Shown here one piece after another: positions 41,799-52,319 of a stretch of 64,000 nucleotides of DNA. Under the pieces are notes generated by a model. It worked only from the letters and a program-made list of their open reading frames with translations. It was not told where the DNA came from and did not search any database. The stretch spans positions 672,001-736,000 of the forward strand of contig CAVUVW010000014.1 in assembly GCA_963745035.1 (NCBI GenBank), in the 5' to 3' direction. The DNA is from an uncultured delta proteobacterium. Lineage in GTDB: Bacteria; Desulfobacterota; Binatia; UBA9968. The stretch's first letter is position 1. Each line of letters begins with the position of its first letter. The position numbers and the translations under genes are program-made.

Positions 41799-42682
41799 AC
41801 TGCTCACGACGATTTCTTGCCCTGAGTCTGCTGCTCGTTGTCTCGATAATTGCAGCGGCGCACGTTGTCATCGCGTACGCCGCCTCCACACCCGCCTCAC
41901 GGCGGATCGTGTCGCTGGCACCGAGTGTCACCGAGACGCTCTTTGCCCTCGGTTTCGGCAGCCGGCTGGTGGGCGTGACCACGCATTGCGATTACCCTGC
42001 CGAAGCGCGGAAGATCGCGAAGATCGGCGGCTTCACGAGCCCAAGCCTCGAAGTGATCGTCGCCAAACGGCCGGATCTGGTGATCGGCGTGAGCAGCGCC
42101 ACCGATCCGGTCAAGGCGAGGGAGATGGAACGTCTTGGTCTCAAGGTGACTTTACTTTCGCTGGCGACGGTCGGCGACATTTTGAATTCGATGAGAACGA
42201 TCGCCCGCTTGTTGGGCGATCAGCAAGCCGGTGAAAAACTCGTGAACAAAATCACCGGCCAATTCGATCAAGTAAAAAGCCGGATCGCGGGAGCGCCGCG
42301 CCGCACAACACTGCTGGCGGTGGGGCTCCGCCCATTGGTGGCTGTCGGCGGCAACAACTTCATCGATGAGCTCATCACGTTGGCCGGAGGTGAAAACATC
42401 GCCGGCAACGCCTCTCAGCCCTGGCTCAATCTCCCTGATGAGTATGTGGTCGCCAAAGCGCCACAGGTCATTATCGAAGCCGGCATGGGATCGGAGCGCA
42501 GCGACTCCACGAAGCACTGGATGGATCTCAAGTCCATCCCTGCTGTGAAGGAGTCGCGCGTTTATACCTACCCATCCGATAAAATACTTCGGCCGGGCCC
42601 GCGGATCGGCGAGGGATTGGAGGAGATCGCCCGCCTGGTGCATCCCGAGTGCTTCACAAACTTCAAAGGACGCGGATGTTGA
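41795..42682 (+). CDS. btuF: cobalamin ABC transporter substrate-binding protein
   Basis: 'RIVSLAPSVTETLFALG', 'CDYP', 'RPGPRI'. Confidence 0.9.
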   Translation: MNCSRRFLALSLLLVVSIIAAAHVVIAYAASTPASRRIVSLAPSVTETLFALGFGSRLVGVTTHCDYPAEARKIAKIGGFTSPSLEVIVAKRPDLVIGVSSATDPVKAREMERLGLKVTLLSLATVGDILNSMRTIARLLGDQQAGEKLVNKITGQFDQVKSRIAGAPRRTTLLAVGLRPLVAVGGNNFIDELITLAGGENIAGNASQPWLNLPDEYVVAKAPQVIIEAGMGSERSDSTKHWMDLKSIPAVKESRVYTYPSDKILRPGPRIGEGLEEIARLVHPECFTNFKGRGC

Positions 42683-43710
42683 AGGTCCTCGACCGCAGGA
42701 AAATGATTCTGATCAACAGCGCCTTGTTGATCTTGCTGGCGCTGTCTATCGTTGGCTGTGCGCTGCTCGGGCCGGTGCGACTCGACCTTTCGCAAGCCCT
42801 GCACAATCTGGCTTCCGCGGACGCCGAGATATTTTTTCGCGCGCGCCTGCCGCGGGTTCTCTTGGGCGTCGCCATCGGTGGCGGCATGGCGACGTGCGGC
42901 GTCGTGCTTCAAGCGCTGCTCGGTAACCCGCTTGCCTGCCCGCAGATGCTCGGCGTGTCCGGTGGCGCTTCTCTGGGCGGCATTCTGGGGCTGATTTTTT
43001 TTCCGAACTGGCTCCTGCCTGTCGCCGGCGGACTCCTCGGCGAAATCTCCTGGATACCCTTGGCGGCGTTTCTCGGCGCCTTGCTGAGCATGATGTTGGT
43101 TTATCGCTTTTCGCTATTTCATGGACGGCTTCACCCTTATCACCTGCTGCTCTCCGGGGTGATCTTCAATTCCTTCATCGCGGCCATCATCATGTTTCTC
43201 AATTCCATCGTCGATTTCTACCAGGCGCAGGGACTGCTCTTCTGGCTGATGGGCAGCCTATCGACCCGCGCTTATCTCACCGTCGCGTTCATCTGGGCCT
43301 ACATCCTCTTCGGTTTTCTCTGGTTGTGGGCGAAAGGCCTCTCCCTCAATCTGATCACCTTGGGCGAAGAAGCCGCGATGCAACTTGGCGTGGAAACCGG
43401 CGCCTTGCAGCGTCAGGTCTTTGTCGCTTCGTCGCTGATGATCGGCGCCATGGTTTCCGTGAGCGGCATGATCGGCTTTGTCGGACTGATGGTGCCCCAT
43501 GTCATGCGCCTGGTCATCGGCAGCGATCATCGCTTGTTGCTGCCGGCCTCGTTTCTTGCAGGTGGAATTTTCCTCTGCTGGGCGGACACACTGGCCCGTG
43601 TTCTCCTCGCGCCCGCCGAACTGCCCGTGGGCATCGTCACCGCATTTCTCGGTGGCCCGTTTTTTCTTTTTCTGCTCTATCGCGAAGGCAGACGAAAGCT
43701 GGCTCTATGA
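42676..43710 (+). CDS. btuC: cobalamin ABC transporter permease (FecCD family)
   Basis: 'RLPRV', 'NPLA', 'GMIGFVGLMVPH', 'ELPVG'. Confidence 0.88.
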   Translation: MLKVLDRRKMILINSALLILLALSIVGCALLGPVRLDLSQALHNLASADAEIFFRARLPRVLLGVAIGGGMATCGVVLQALLGNPLACPQMLGVSGGASLGGILGLIFFPNWLLPVAGGLLGEISWIPLAAFLGALLSMMLVYRFSLFHGRLHPYHLLLSGVIFNSFIAAIIMFLNSIVDFYQAQGLLFWLMGSLSTRAYLTVAFIWAYILFGFLWLWAKGLSLNLITLGEEAAMQLGVETGALQRQVFVASSLMIGAMVSVSGMIGFVGLMVPHVMRLVIGSDHRLLLPASFLAGGIFLCWADTLARVLLAPAELPVGIVTAFLGGPFFLFLLYREGRRKLAL

Positions 43711-44489
43711 CTGCGGCCATTCAAACCCGCGACCTGTCGTTCTCCTATAAAGACCGCGCGGTGCTCCACGAGATATCACTCTCGGTCGCAAGCGGCGAGA
43801 TGATCGGCATCGTCGGCCCCAACGGCTCGGGCAAGACCACCTTCCTCAAGATTCTATCGGCGGTCCTACGTGGGCAGGGCGAGGTCGTAATCAATGGCAG
43901 AAATATTGAAAGCTACGGTAGGCGGGAATTGAGCAAGCTCTTCGCCGTCGTGCAGCAAGAACCCCGTGTCAACTTTCCGTTCACCGCAGCGGAAATCGTG
44001 CTCATGGGAAGGGCGAGCCATCACAGCGTTTTCTCCCTCGAAGGAAGGAGAGATCTCGAAGTAGCTCACGCGAGCATGGACCTGACCGATTCTTTCTCGC
44101 TTGCCAATCGTTATCTCCATGAGCTCAGCGGCGGCGAAAAACAGCGCGTGATGATCGCCCGCGCCCTGGCGCAGGAGCCGGAGATTTTCTTGCTCGACGA
44201 GCCTTCCGCCTTCCTCGATCTCAAGCACCAAGTCCAGGTCTTCGAGCTTTTACGCCGGCTCAACCGCGAACGCAGCCTGACCATCGTCGCGGCCCTGCAC
44301 GATCTCAACCTCGCCGCGCTGTTTTTCCCGCGCCTGATTGTCCTGCGCAACGGGCAGATCTACCGCGACGGATCGCCGACTGAAGTTCTCACTGAGGAGA
44401 CCATCGAAGAAGTCTACGGCATTCGGGTCCGCATCGACCGCGATCCCGTCAGCTCAAAACCACAGCTATTTCTAACACTCGCATCCTAA
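43707..44489 (+). CDS. btuD: cobalamin ABC transporter ATP-binding protein
   Basis: Walker A 'GPNGSGKT', 'LSGGEKQR', 'LLDEP', 'LHDLN'. Confidence 0.85.
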   Translation: MTAAIQTRDLSFSYKDRAVLHEISLSVASGEMIGIVGPNGSGKTTFLKILSAVLRGQGEVVINGRNIESYGRRELSKLFAVVQQEPRVNFPFTAAEIVLMGRASHHSVFSLEGRRDLEVAHASMDLTDSFSLANRYLHELSGGEKQRVMIARALAQEPEIFLLDEPSAFLDLKHQVQVFELLRRLNRERSLTIVAALHDLNLAALFFPRLIVLRNGQIYRDGSPTEVLTEETIEEVYGIRVRIDRDPVSSKPQLFLTLAS

Positions 44490-44498
44490 ATCACCCGG

Positions 44499-45650
44499 CT
44501 AACGGTTCGCCTTGCGATACCCCAAAGCGTCCTGGGCGATGATCATCTTCTGCACGTTCGAGGAGCCTTCGACGATCTGGTAGGACTTGGCGTCGCGGTA
44601 GTAGCGCTCGACGGGAAACTCGGTCGAGTAGCCGTAGGCGCCGAGAATTTTCATCGCGGCGTCGGCGGCGAAGTTGGCGGCTTCAGCGGCCGTGTATTTG
44701 GCGATGGAAGTTTCGAGGTTATTCGGTTTTTTTTGATCCGCCAGCCAAGCGGCGCGGTAGACGAGCAGCCGCGCCGCTTCTTCGTGGACGATCATCTGCG
44801 CGATGAGATCCTGATTCATCTGAAACTCGCCGATTTTCTGCCCGAACTGCGCGCGCTGATTGCAATAATTCACGGCCGCTTCCTTGGCCGCGCGCGCCAC
44901 TCCCAGTGCTCCGGCGGCGCAGTTGAGCCGCGTTTGATTGAGCTGCCACATGCAGACCTTGAATCCGTCGCCTTCGTTGCCGAGGCGATTCGCCGCCGGA
45001 ATGCGAAAATTCTCGAAGGTCAGTTCGCCCAGCGGCGAGCAGTGTGCGCCCATGGTTTCAAGCGTCCTGCGGGTCAAGCCCGGCTCCTTCCAATCGGCAA
45101 AGAACGCGCTCATGCCGCGATGCTTCTGGGTCTTATCGGTGTAGGCATAAACCAGCCCGCCGTTTGTTACCGGACCGTTGGAGATCCAGAGCTTGCCGCC
45201 GTTCAGCAGATAGTTATCGCCGCTCCGCGTCGCCGTCGTGCGCATGGCCGCAACGTCGGAGCCGGCGTCGGATTCCGTGATCGCGAAGCATCCGATGGTT
45301 TCTCCGGAAACCAATCCCGGGATGAATTTCTTTTTTTGTTCCTCCGTACCGAACTGAAGCACGGTCACCGCCGGCCCGATCTGCATGTTGATCGCCACGC
45401 GCATGGCGCTGTGTGCCCGCGCGATCTCTTCGGTGACCAGCACCATGGCGAGAAAGCCGAGGCCGTTGCCGCCGTAACTTTCCGGAATCATGGTGCCGTA
45501 GAAACCCAGTTCGCCCATCTTCTTGACCAGATCGGCGCGGAAGTTTTTCTCCTTGTCGTCTTTCGCCGCGCTCGGCGCGATTTCCTTCTCGGCGAACTCC
45601 CGCGCCACGTCGCGCACCGCGATCAACTCTTCCGATAGCTCAAAGTCCAT
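44499..45650 (-). CDS. acd: acyl-CoA dehydrogenase, non-decarboxylating glutaryl-CoA dehydrogenase (Acd) type
   Basis: 'EEIAR..SAMRVAINM', 'FQMNQDLIAQM', 'GAYGYSTE', 'IVEGS' (Val before the catalytic Glu) and C-terminal 'RKANR' resemble Desulfococcus Acd as recalled. Confidence 0.75.
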   Translation of the reverse strand: MDFELSEELIAVRDVAREFAEKEIAPSAAKDDKEKNFRADLVKKMGELGFYGTMIPESYGGNGLGFLAMVLVTEEIARAHSAMRVAINMQIGPAVTVLQFGTEEQKKKFIPGLVSGETIGCFAITESDAGSDVAAMRTTATRSGDNYLLNGGKLWISNGPVTNGGLVYAYTDKTQKHRGMSAFFADWKEPGLTRRTLETMGAHCSPLGELTFENFRIPAANRLGNEGDGFKVCMWQLNQTRLNCAAGALGVARAAKEAAVNYCNQRAQFGQKIGEFQMNQDLIAQMIVHEEAARLLVYRAAWLADQKKPNNLETSIAKYTAAEAANFAADAAMKILGAYGYSTEFPVERYYRDAKSYQIVEGSSNVQKMIIAQDALGYRKANR

Positions 45651-45705
45651 TCTACCCCCAAGGAGGTAATAGGCACGCGCCAACGCGCATCAGTACCGAT
45701 TTTCG

Positions 45706-45735
45706 CTGTTGCCTATTGCCTGTTGCCTGTTGCCT
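45706..45735. repeat. heptamer tandem repeat (CTGTTGC)x4 overlapping a gene end
   Basis: CTGTTGC CTATTGC CTGTTGC CTGTTGC. Confidence 0.7.
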
Positions 45736-46885
45736 TCAGCAATTCCCGCGCAATGATCACCTTCTGAATTTCCGAGGTGCCTTCGTAAATGCGCAAAGCG
45801 CGCACGTCGCGGTAGAGCCGTTCCATGATGCTGCCCGCGACCAAACCGGCGGCGCCGTGAATTTGCAGCGCCTGGTCGACGATGCGCTGCGCCGCTTCGG
45901 TCGCGTAGAGCTTCGCCATCGATGATGCCAGTTTGGCCTTCGCTGCCGGCGCAATCGAGCGCCCACGCCGCTTGATAGACCAACAAGCGTGCCGCTTCCA
46001 ATTCCGTGGCCATCTCGGCGAGCTTGAATTCGATGCCTTGAAACTCGCCGATCGCGCGGCCAAATTGACGTCGGGTCCGGCTGCGACCAATCGCCTCGTC
46101 GAGCGCGCGCTGGGCCAAGCCGACGGCCGCCGCGCCCACCGTGCATCGCAAAAGATCGAGTGTGGCAAAAGCGATCTGCAACCCCGCCCCTTCCGCGCCG
46201 AGTAAGGCGTCGCTCTCGATGATGCAGTCGGTAAATTCAATCACGCCTATCGGATGCGGCGAAAGCAATTCCGTATTCTCTTTGATCGTCATGCCTGGCG
46301 TGCCGGCTTGTAGCAAAAATGCGCTGATGCCTTTTCCCTTCCTTTCAGGGGCGGTCGAGGCGAAGACAACGTAGAAATCCGCGATGCCCGCGTTGGAAAT
46401 GAAACATTTGATCCCGCTCATCGAAAAACTCGCCGTCGCGCCGCATCGCGCGCGTTTGCATCGACGCCGCGTCCGAGCCGGCTTCCGGCTCGGTGAGCGC
46501 AAACGCCGCGATCGCCGCCCCGCTCGCCGCATCGCCCAGATAGCGGCGCTTTTGCGCGGCGCTGCCGAAACGCGCGATCGGATAGCCGCCCAACGCCTGG
46601 AGGGCCAACATCGTATCCGCCAAGGCATCGCCGCGCGCGAGCTCTTCGCGCAGAATGCACAGATCGCGCGCTTGAATCGCGTCGCGCGCGCCGCCGAATT
46701 GCCGTGGCACGACGAATTTAAGAAACTCTGCCGCGCCCAAGTCGCGGACGAGCTCGAACCGCGCGCCGCTCGACCGGCTTTTCAGGATTAGCCGGAGCAA
46801 AAAGATTCTCCTCGGCCCATTTGCGCGCGCGCGCACGTAAAGCGGCATGATCGTCATCGAAGAAGGGCGGCATGCGGTGGGCCAT
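45713..46885 (-). CDS. acyl-CoA dehydrogenase (about 3 frameshifts)
   Basis: [13 protein letters not shown] from ATG 46885; '[11 protein letters not shown]', '[11 protein letters not shown]', 'RRQFG', '[21 protein letters not shown]' in successive frames. Confidence 0.85.
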
Positions 46886-47681
46886 TTACGGCTGGTTGAA
46901 CTTCGGTGCGCGCTTCTCGACAAAAGCGCGGTAACCTTCCTGAAAATCCGCCGACTGCATCAGGCGGGCTTGCTCGGCGGCTTCCAGATCCAGAGCCTGG
47001 AGCAAATCCATGTCGGCTTCGCGATCGAGGAGGTCTTTGGTAATGCCCAACGCTTGAAGCGGTCCGTTTTTGAGCTTGCGCGCGAGGGCGTAACATTCAT
47101 CGATCAGCTTGTCGTGCGGCAAAACGCGGTTGGCGAGACCGATGCGCAGGCACTCCGCCGCATCGATTGTGTCCCCGGTAAAGAGCAGCTCCGCGGCCCG
47201 GCCTTGGCCGACGATCCGAGGCAATAAGTAACAAGCGCCCATGTCCGCCCCGGACAGACCGACCTTGGCGAAGAGAAAAGCGAACTTGGCGCGATCGGAA
47301 AGAATGCGGATATCGCTCGCGAGCGCGAGCATCGCGCCCGCGCCCGCGGCGATGCCGTTGACCGCCGCGATGATCGGTTTTTTGAGACTGCGCATGTTCC
47401 TCACGACATCGCAGGTCAGCCGGGTAAAGCGCTGCTGTTCTTCGGGGTTCATCGCGATCAATTTACCGATGATCTCGTGGACGCTGCCGCCGGAGCAAAA
47501 ACCCTTGCCGGTGCCGGTGAGCACGATTACTTTAGCCGCGGAATCGTTCGCCAGCACCGCGAAAACCCGTTCCAATTCGGCGTAGGTCTCGAACGTAAGC
47601 GCATTCAAACGATCCGGATCATTGAGCCGAATCGTCGCGACGCCGTCGCTCAACCTCATAAATGAAACTCCGATAGTCCAT
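46886..47681 (-). CDS. enoyl-CoA hydratase/isomerase family protein (frameshift near the start)
   Basis: 'LNDPDRLNALTF', 'FCSGG', 'VGLSGADMGACYLLPRIVG'; likely true start MDYRSF at 47681. Confidence 0.88.
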
Positions 47682-47722
47682 TATCAAACTTTTCGCCGCA
47701 CCGTTCGAACGCTGCGACTTAG

Positions 47723-47760
47723 ATCACTCCAACACTCCAGTAATACATTACTCCATTCGG
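47723..47760. repeat. short ACTCCA-type tandem repeat
   Basis: cACTCCAac ACTCCAgt aatacatt ACTCCAtt in an intergenic gap. Confidence 0.45.
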
Positions 47761-47761
47761 A

Positions 47762-48544
47762 TCATGCCATCACCGCCCCGCCGTCGACGTGGACTGCCTG
47801 ACCGGTCATACCGGCGAGTTTTTCAGAGGCAATCAGCAGTGCAAGCGACGCTACTTCGTCGGTTCCAATCAAACGATTCTGCGGCGCGCTGGCGGCAAAT
47901 AATTTGATGATATCTGCAACACTCTTGGCGGTTTTCGCCGCCATGATCTTGGCGTTCTCGTAGGTGCGCTCGTCGTCGATATAGCCCGGACAAACCGCAT
48001 TGACGGTAATGCCATCGCGCGCGGTCTCCAAGCGCCAGCGCACGCGTAAGCCCTAACAGCCCATGCTTCGAGGCGGTGTACGCGGTCGCATGGCGGTAGC
48101 CGACTTTCGCTGCGGTCGATGCGATGTTGATGATCCTTCCCCATTTTGCTTGCACCATCGCCGGCAAGAAGACTTTGCAGCAATTGTAAGCGCCGGTCAG
48201 GTTTACTGCCAAAGTCTCGTCCCAAAGATCGTCCGGCATGTCAGAAAAGCTTACAGCCCGGGCGATACCGGCGTTGTTGATGAGAATCTGCACATCGCCC
48301 CAGCGCGCTTTTATCTCTTCGCCGAGACTCCGCACTTGATCTCGGCGAGAGATATCATACGGCAAGGCAAGCACCTGCGCGCCGTTTTCACCTATCTTTT
48401 CAGCCGCGGCGTCGAGTCTGTTTCGGTCGCGCGCGGTGATCACGACCCGGCTGTTCTGCCCGGGCAAACGCCTCGGCGAGCGCTTGCACCGAGACCGCCG
48501 CTCCCCCCGGTGATCAGCACAATTTTGTGCCGCAGATCGATCAT
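47762..48544 (-). CDS. SDR family oxidoreductase (two or more frameshifts)
   Basis: 'ITGGSGGLG' from ATG 48544, 'NNAG', 'YTASKHG', 'VNAVCPG', 'VDGG' in three frames. Confidence 0.88.
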
Positions 48545-48610
48545 CGGCAAAAAGAATATCATATCCCCAGCGCGAAAACGCAATCGCCGGAGCAGAGCGC
48601 TTGCTTCCCG

Positions 48611-49733
48611 ATGAACTTTTCGGTAAAGGGAGCGCAGCTTTTTTCCTGGAGGCCTACTGTGAAGTTCTCAGCGGCCGTGCTGATGAGCTGTCTGGCGCTC
48701 TTGCCTGCGGCGCTGCGCCGCCCAAGAAAAGACCATCGCCCCATCGTCGTTTACCTGGCGAGACGCGCTACCGGAGGCAGGGGACACGGAGCTTGACCGG
48801 CTCAATCGAGCTTTCGTCCAACTTGCCAATCACTCACGGCCGGCCATCGTGCAAATTCGCACGACAGGTCCGGAATCGAAAAGCGCAGCGGTGCCGGCGC
48901 TCGGCAGCCGCGGTTCCGGGTTCATCATCGATCCTCGGGGCTACATCCTGACCGCGCATCACGTCATCGACAAAGCCAAAGAGATCGAGATCAGACTCGC
49001 GGACACCCGGCGGATGGCCGCGCACGTCGTTGCCGCGGACGCCCAGATCGATCTGGCCATTCTTCGAATTCACGCCGAGCGTGAACTGCCTGTCCTATCG
49101 TTGGGCGACTCCGATGCGATCCGCGTCGGCGATCTAGCGTTGGTTTTCGGCTATCCGTTCGGCCGCGAAAGCTCGATGAATATGGGCATCGTTAGCCGCG
49201 CGGGTCGATCCTTCCCCGACTCGGCAAGTTTTGAGTTCATTCAAACCGATGCCGGCGGCTATCCCGGAGGGAGCGGCGGCCCACTGCTCAACAGCAAGGG
49301 GCACGTCATCGGCATGATCACCATGGCGTCGGAGCGCGGCAATATGGGCTTTGCAACGCCGATCAACGTGATCAAGCGCATCGTACCCCGTCTGGCGAAC
49401 GGCGAAAAATTCGCCTGGGGATGGCTTGGCGTGCAGATGTCCGACATTTCCATCGAGCAGGCTACCAGTCTCGGGATCTTTCCAGTGAAGGGCGTTGTCG
49501 TCAGCTCGGTTTTGCCGGGCCAGCCGGCGGCCCGCGGCGGCGTGCAGAAACAAGACGTCATTCTCTCGGTGAACGACACTCAGGTCGACAGCCCGCGCGA
49601 TGTCACGCGCATGATCGGCGGCTTGGAGGCCGGCAAAGTGGTGCAGCTGACGATTCTGCGCAAAGGGAAAACCGTGCAGCTTTCGGTGCCGCTCGGCGCC
49701 AAGCCGGAATCCACCAAGGCTCGCGAAGGCTAA
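48611..49733 (+). CDS. HtrA/DegS-like trypsin serine protease with one PDZ domain (N-terminus frameshifted)
   Basis: 'GSGFII', 'LTAHHV', 'DLA', 'PGGSGGPL', PDZ; signal-like N-terminus in another frame. Confidence 0.85.
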
Positions 49734-52197
49734 GGAGCGCGCTCGGGCGCATTCGAGTTTCTTGACTCCGCATTGGCGCCGGCGATTTTTTTCTGCTGCT
49801 CAGTGAATTGCCGGAGTTTTTGTTCGACCCGCTCATTGACCGATCCTTCGGCGTATTTGCCAGCCTCATCACGTTTGCCCGCCGGAATGCCGGTCAAAAT
49901 CTCAATCCCCTCATCGATTGTGCCGACGGCATAGACGCGAAATTTGCCGGCCTTGACGGCTTCGACGACGTCCGGGCGCAGCATGAGATTTCGCGTGTTG
50001 GCGCGCGGGATCATGACGCCCTGGGCGCCGTTCAAACCTTTGAGTCGGCAGACATCGTAATGCCCTTCGATCTTTTGGTTGACGCCGCCGATCGCCTGTA
50101 CTTCGCCGTTTTGATTGACCGAGCCTGTGACTGCGATCCCCTGCTTGATCGGGATTTCCGAGAGGCTCGACAAAATCGCGTAGAGCTCCGTGGAGGACGC
50201 GCTATCGCCGTCGACGCCGTCATAGGATTGCTCGAAACAGACGGTGCTCGAAAGTGAAAGCGGGCTCTCCTGGGCGTACTTGCCGCCGAGGTAGCCGCCG
50301 AGAATCAACACGCCTTTGTCGTGGCTCTTGCCGCTCATTTTAGATTCGCGCTCGATGTTGACGATGCCGCCGCGTCCCATGAAAGTTTTCGCGGTGATGC
50401 GCGACGGTTTGCCGAAGCTGAAATCGCCCATTTGATACACCGCCAACCCGTTCACCTGCCCGACGGTCGCGCCGTCGACGTCGACCAGGATGGTTCCTTC
50501 GGCAATGAGTTCTTGCAGGTGCTTTTCGATCAGGTTGAGCCGAAAGGTTTTTTCGACGACCGCGCGCTCGACATGCCTTCCTGAAACCAGTTCGGCCTTT
50601 TCCTTTTCCGCCCAGTAATTCGACTCGATCAGCAAGTCGACCATCTCGCTGAAGCGCGCCGAGAACTTGTTTTGATCTTCTACCTTTCGCGCGCCCTGCT
50701 CGATGATGCGCGCTACCGCTTCCGTATCGAAATGACGCAACCCTTCGCGATTGCAGTAGTCGCTGATGAAACAAGCTAACGCAGTGATATTTTCTTCTGT
50801 CCGGTCGATCTCAAAGTTGAAATCGGCTTTGACTTTGAAAGTCTCGCGGAAATCGGGATCCACGGCTGCCAAGGTTCGATAGAGATTCGGATCGCCGATC
50901 ATAATGACTTTGGTGTCGGTAGGGATCGGTTCCGGACGAAGCCCCTGGGGCGGCACAAAGCCGAAGAACGCCCCGGGCTCCTCGATGCGCAGCTCGCGGT
51001 TCTTGATGACGCGCTGCAGCGCCTCCCAGACTCCCGAGTTGGAAAGCACGTCGCGATCGTAGAGCACCAGATAGCCGCCGTTGGCGCGGCTGATGGAACC
51101 GGCTTTGATCAGCGTGAAGTCCGTCACGTAACCGCCGACGATCGGCTTCTTTTCGATCACGCCGAACAAATTGTGATAGGTGGGATTGGTTTCGACGATA
51201 ATCGGCGGCCCCTGCGTGTCGCTGTTGTCGACGAACACGTTGACTCGGTACGGCAAAAACGGATCGCCCGGCGGCTCGCCGCCCGGCATCGGTCCCATCG
51301 GCGTCATCACCGGCGCCGCTTCGGCGCCCTTGAAGCGCTGGAGATTTTTCAGAATGTGGTCGCGCACGCCGTCGAGATAGGCGAGCACCTTCGGATAATC
51401 GCCGTATTTTTCTTTCAAGTCCGTTAAGGGTATGCGAACGAGGTAATCCGCCGCCCGGGTCTCCGCGGCTTCGAGTTTCTCGGCGATCTCGCGCTCGAGC
51501 TTTTTACCGTCGCGCAAAGTGGCTTCGACTTTTTTCTCGAGCTCGGCGCGGCGGTCCTCCAATTGTTTCTTGTCCGCTTCCGCCAGAGCCAGGTAGTCCG
51601 CCTCTTGCATCGGCTTGCCGTCTTTGGTCGGCAGCAGCACGATGCCCGAGGGCGTCATGCGCAAGCGCGAAGCCGTTCTCGGCTCGCTTCCCGCATTAAG
51701 CCTTCCATCATCTCCTGTTGTTCTTTTTGCAGGCGTTCGACCATTTCCTTGCGCTGCTCGGCGTAATCATCGCTCTCGAACATCTTTTTCGCTTCGCGCA
51801 AAAGGTTCTGAACCAGCTGCTCCATGTCCGCCTTGAGAACTTTGCCCCACCCCCGGCGGATCTTGAGCGCTTGCGGGCGATCGGCATCGGTAAAATTGTA
51901 AACGTAACACCAGTCTTCGGGCGTCGGCGAGTCGGCGTCGGCGGCGGCTTGCGCGCTGGTGATTTTCTTGAGAAATGCTTTGATGATGCTGGTCTTGCCG
52001 GTCCCGGTAAGGCCGGTGACGAAAATATTGAAGCCGGGTTTGTTCACGCCGAGGCCGAATTCGATGGCGCGGATCGCCCGTTCCTGGCCGATGAAATCTT
52101 CGAGCGGCGTCATTTCCGCCGTACAGGTAAACGGCAGATAGGACAGATCGCAGCGCCAAGCGAGCTTGTCGTGCGGCACTTCGAACGGATGGCTCAT
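49730..52197 (-). CDS. Lon-like (LonB/LonC-type) ATP-dependent protease (frameshift near 51670)
   Basis: 'IGQERA', 'GLTGTGKT', 'ANGGYL', catalytic 'DGDSAS' and 'GVNQKIEG'. Confidence 0.9.
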
Positions 52198-52229
52198 CGC
52201 GAAACCTCTCGTAAATTGAGTTAGGGCAG

Positions 52230-52258
52230 AGAATAGGGTCTCGCTCGCGGCGCGTCAA
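52230..52258 (-). promoter_or_regulatory. sigma70-type promoter for the Lon-like gene
   Basis: TTGACG-17-TATTCT. Confidence 0.6.
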
Positions 52259-52284
52259 CTCCTGAAGCTCGCAAGAACGCGCTA

Positions 52285-52313
52285 TTGAACGCCCGGTACG
52301 CGCTCTCTATAAT
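52285..52313 (+). promoter_or_regulatory. sigma70-type promoter, probably leaderless M48 gene
   Basis: TTGAAC-17-TATAAT ends 6 nt before ATG 52320. Confidence 0.65.
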
Positions 52314-52319
52314 CTCCCA

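Noticed and set aside
51655-51690. Programmed frameshift in the Lon-like gene
   Set aside because: No slippery heptamer is evident; it matches the general indel-error pattern.
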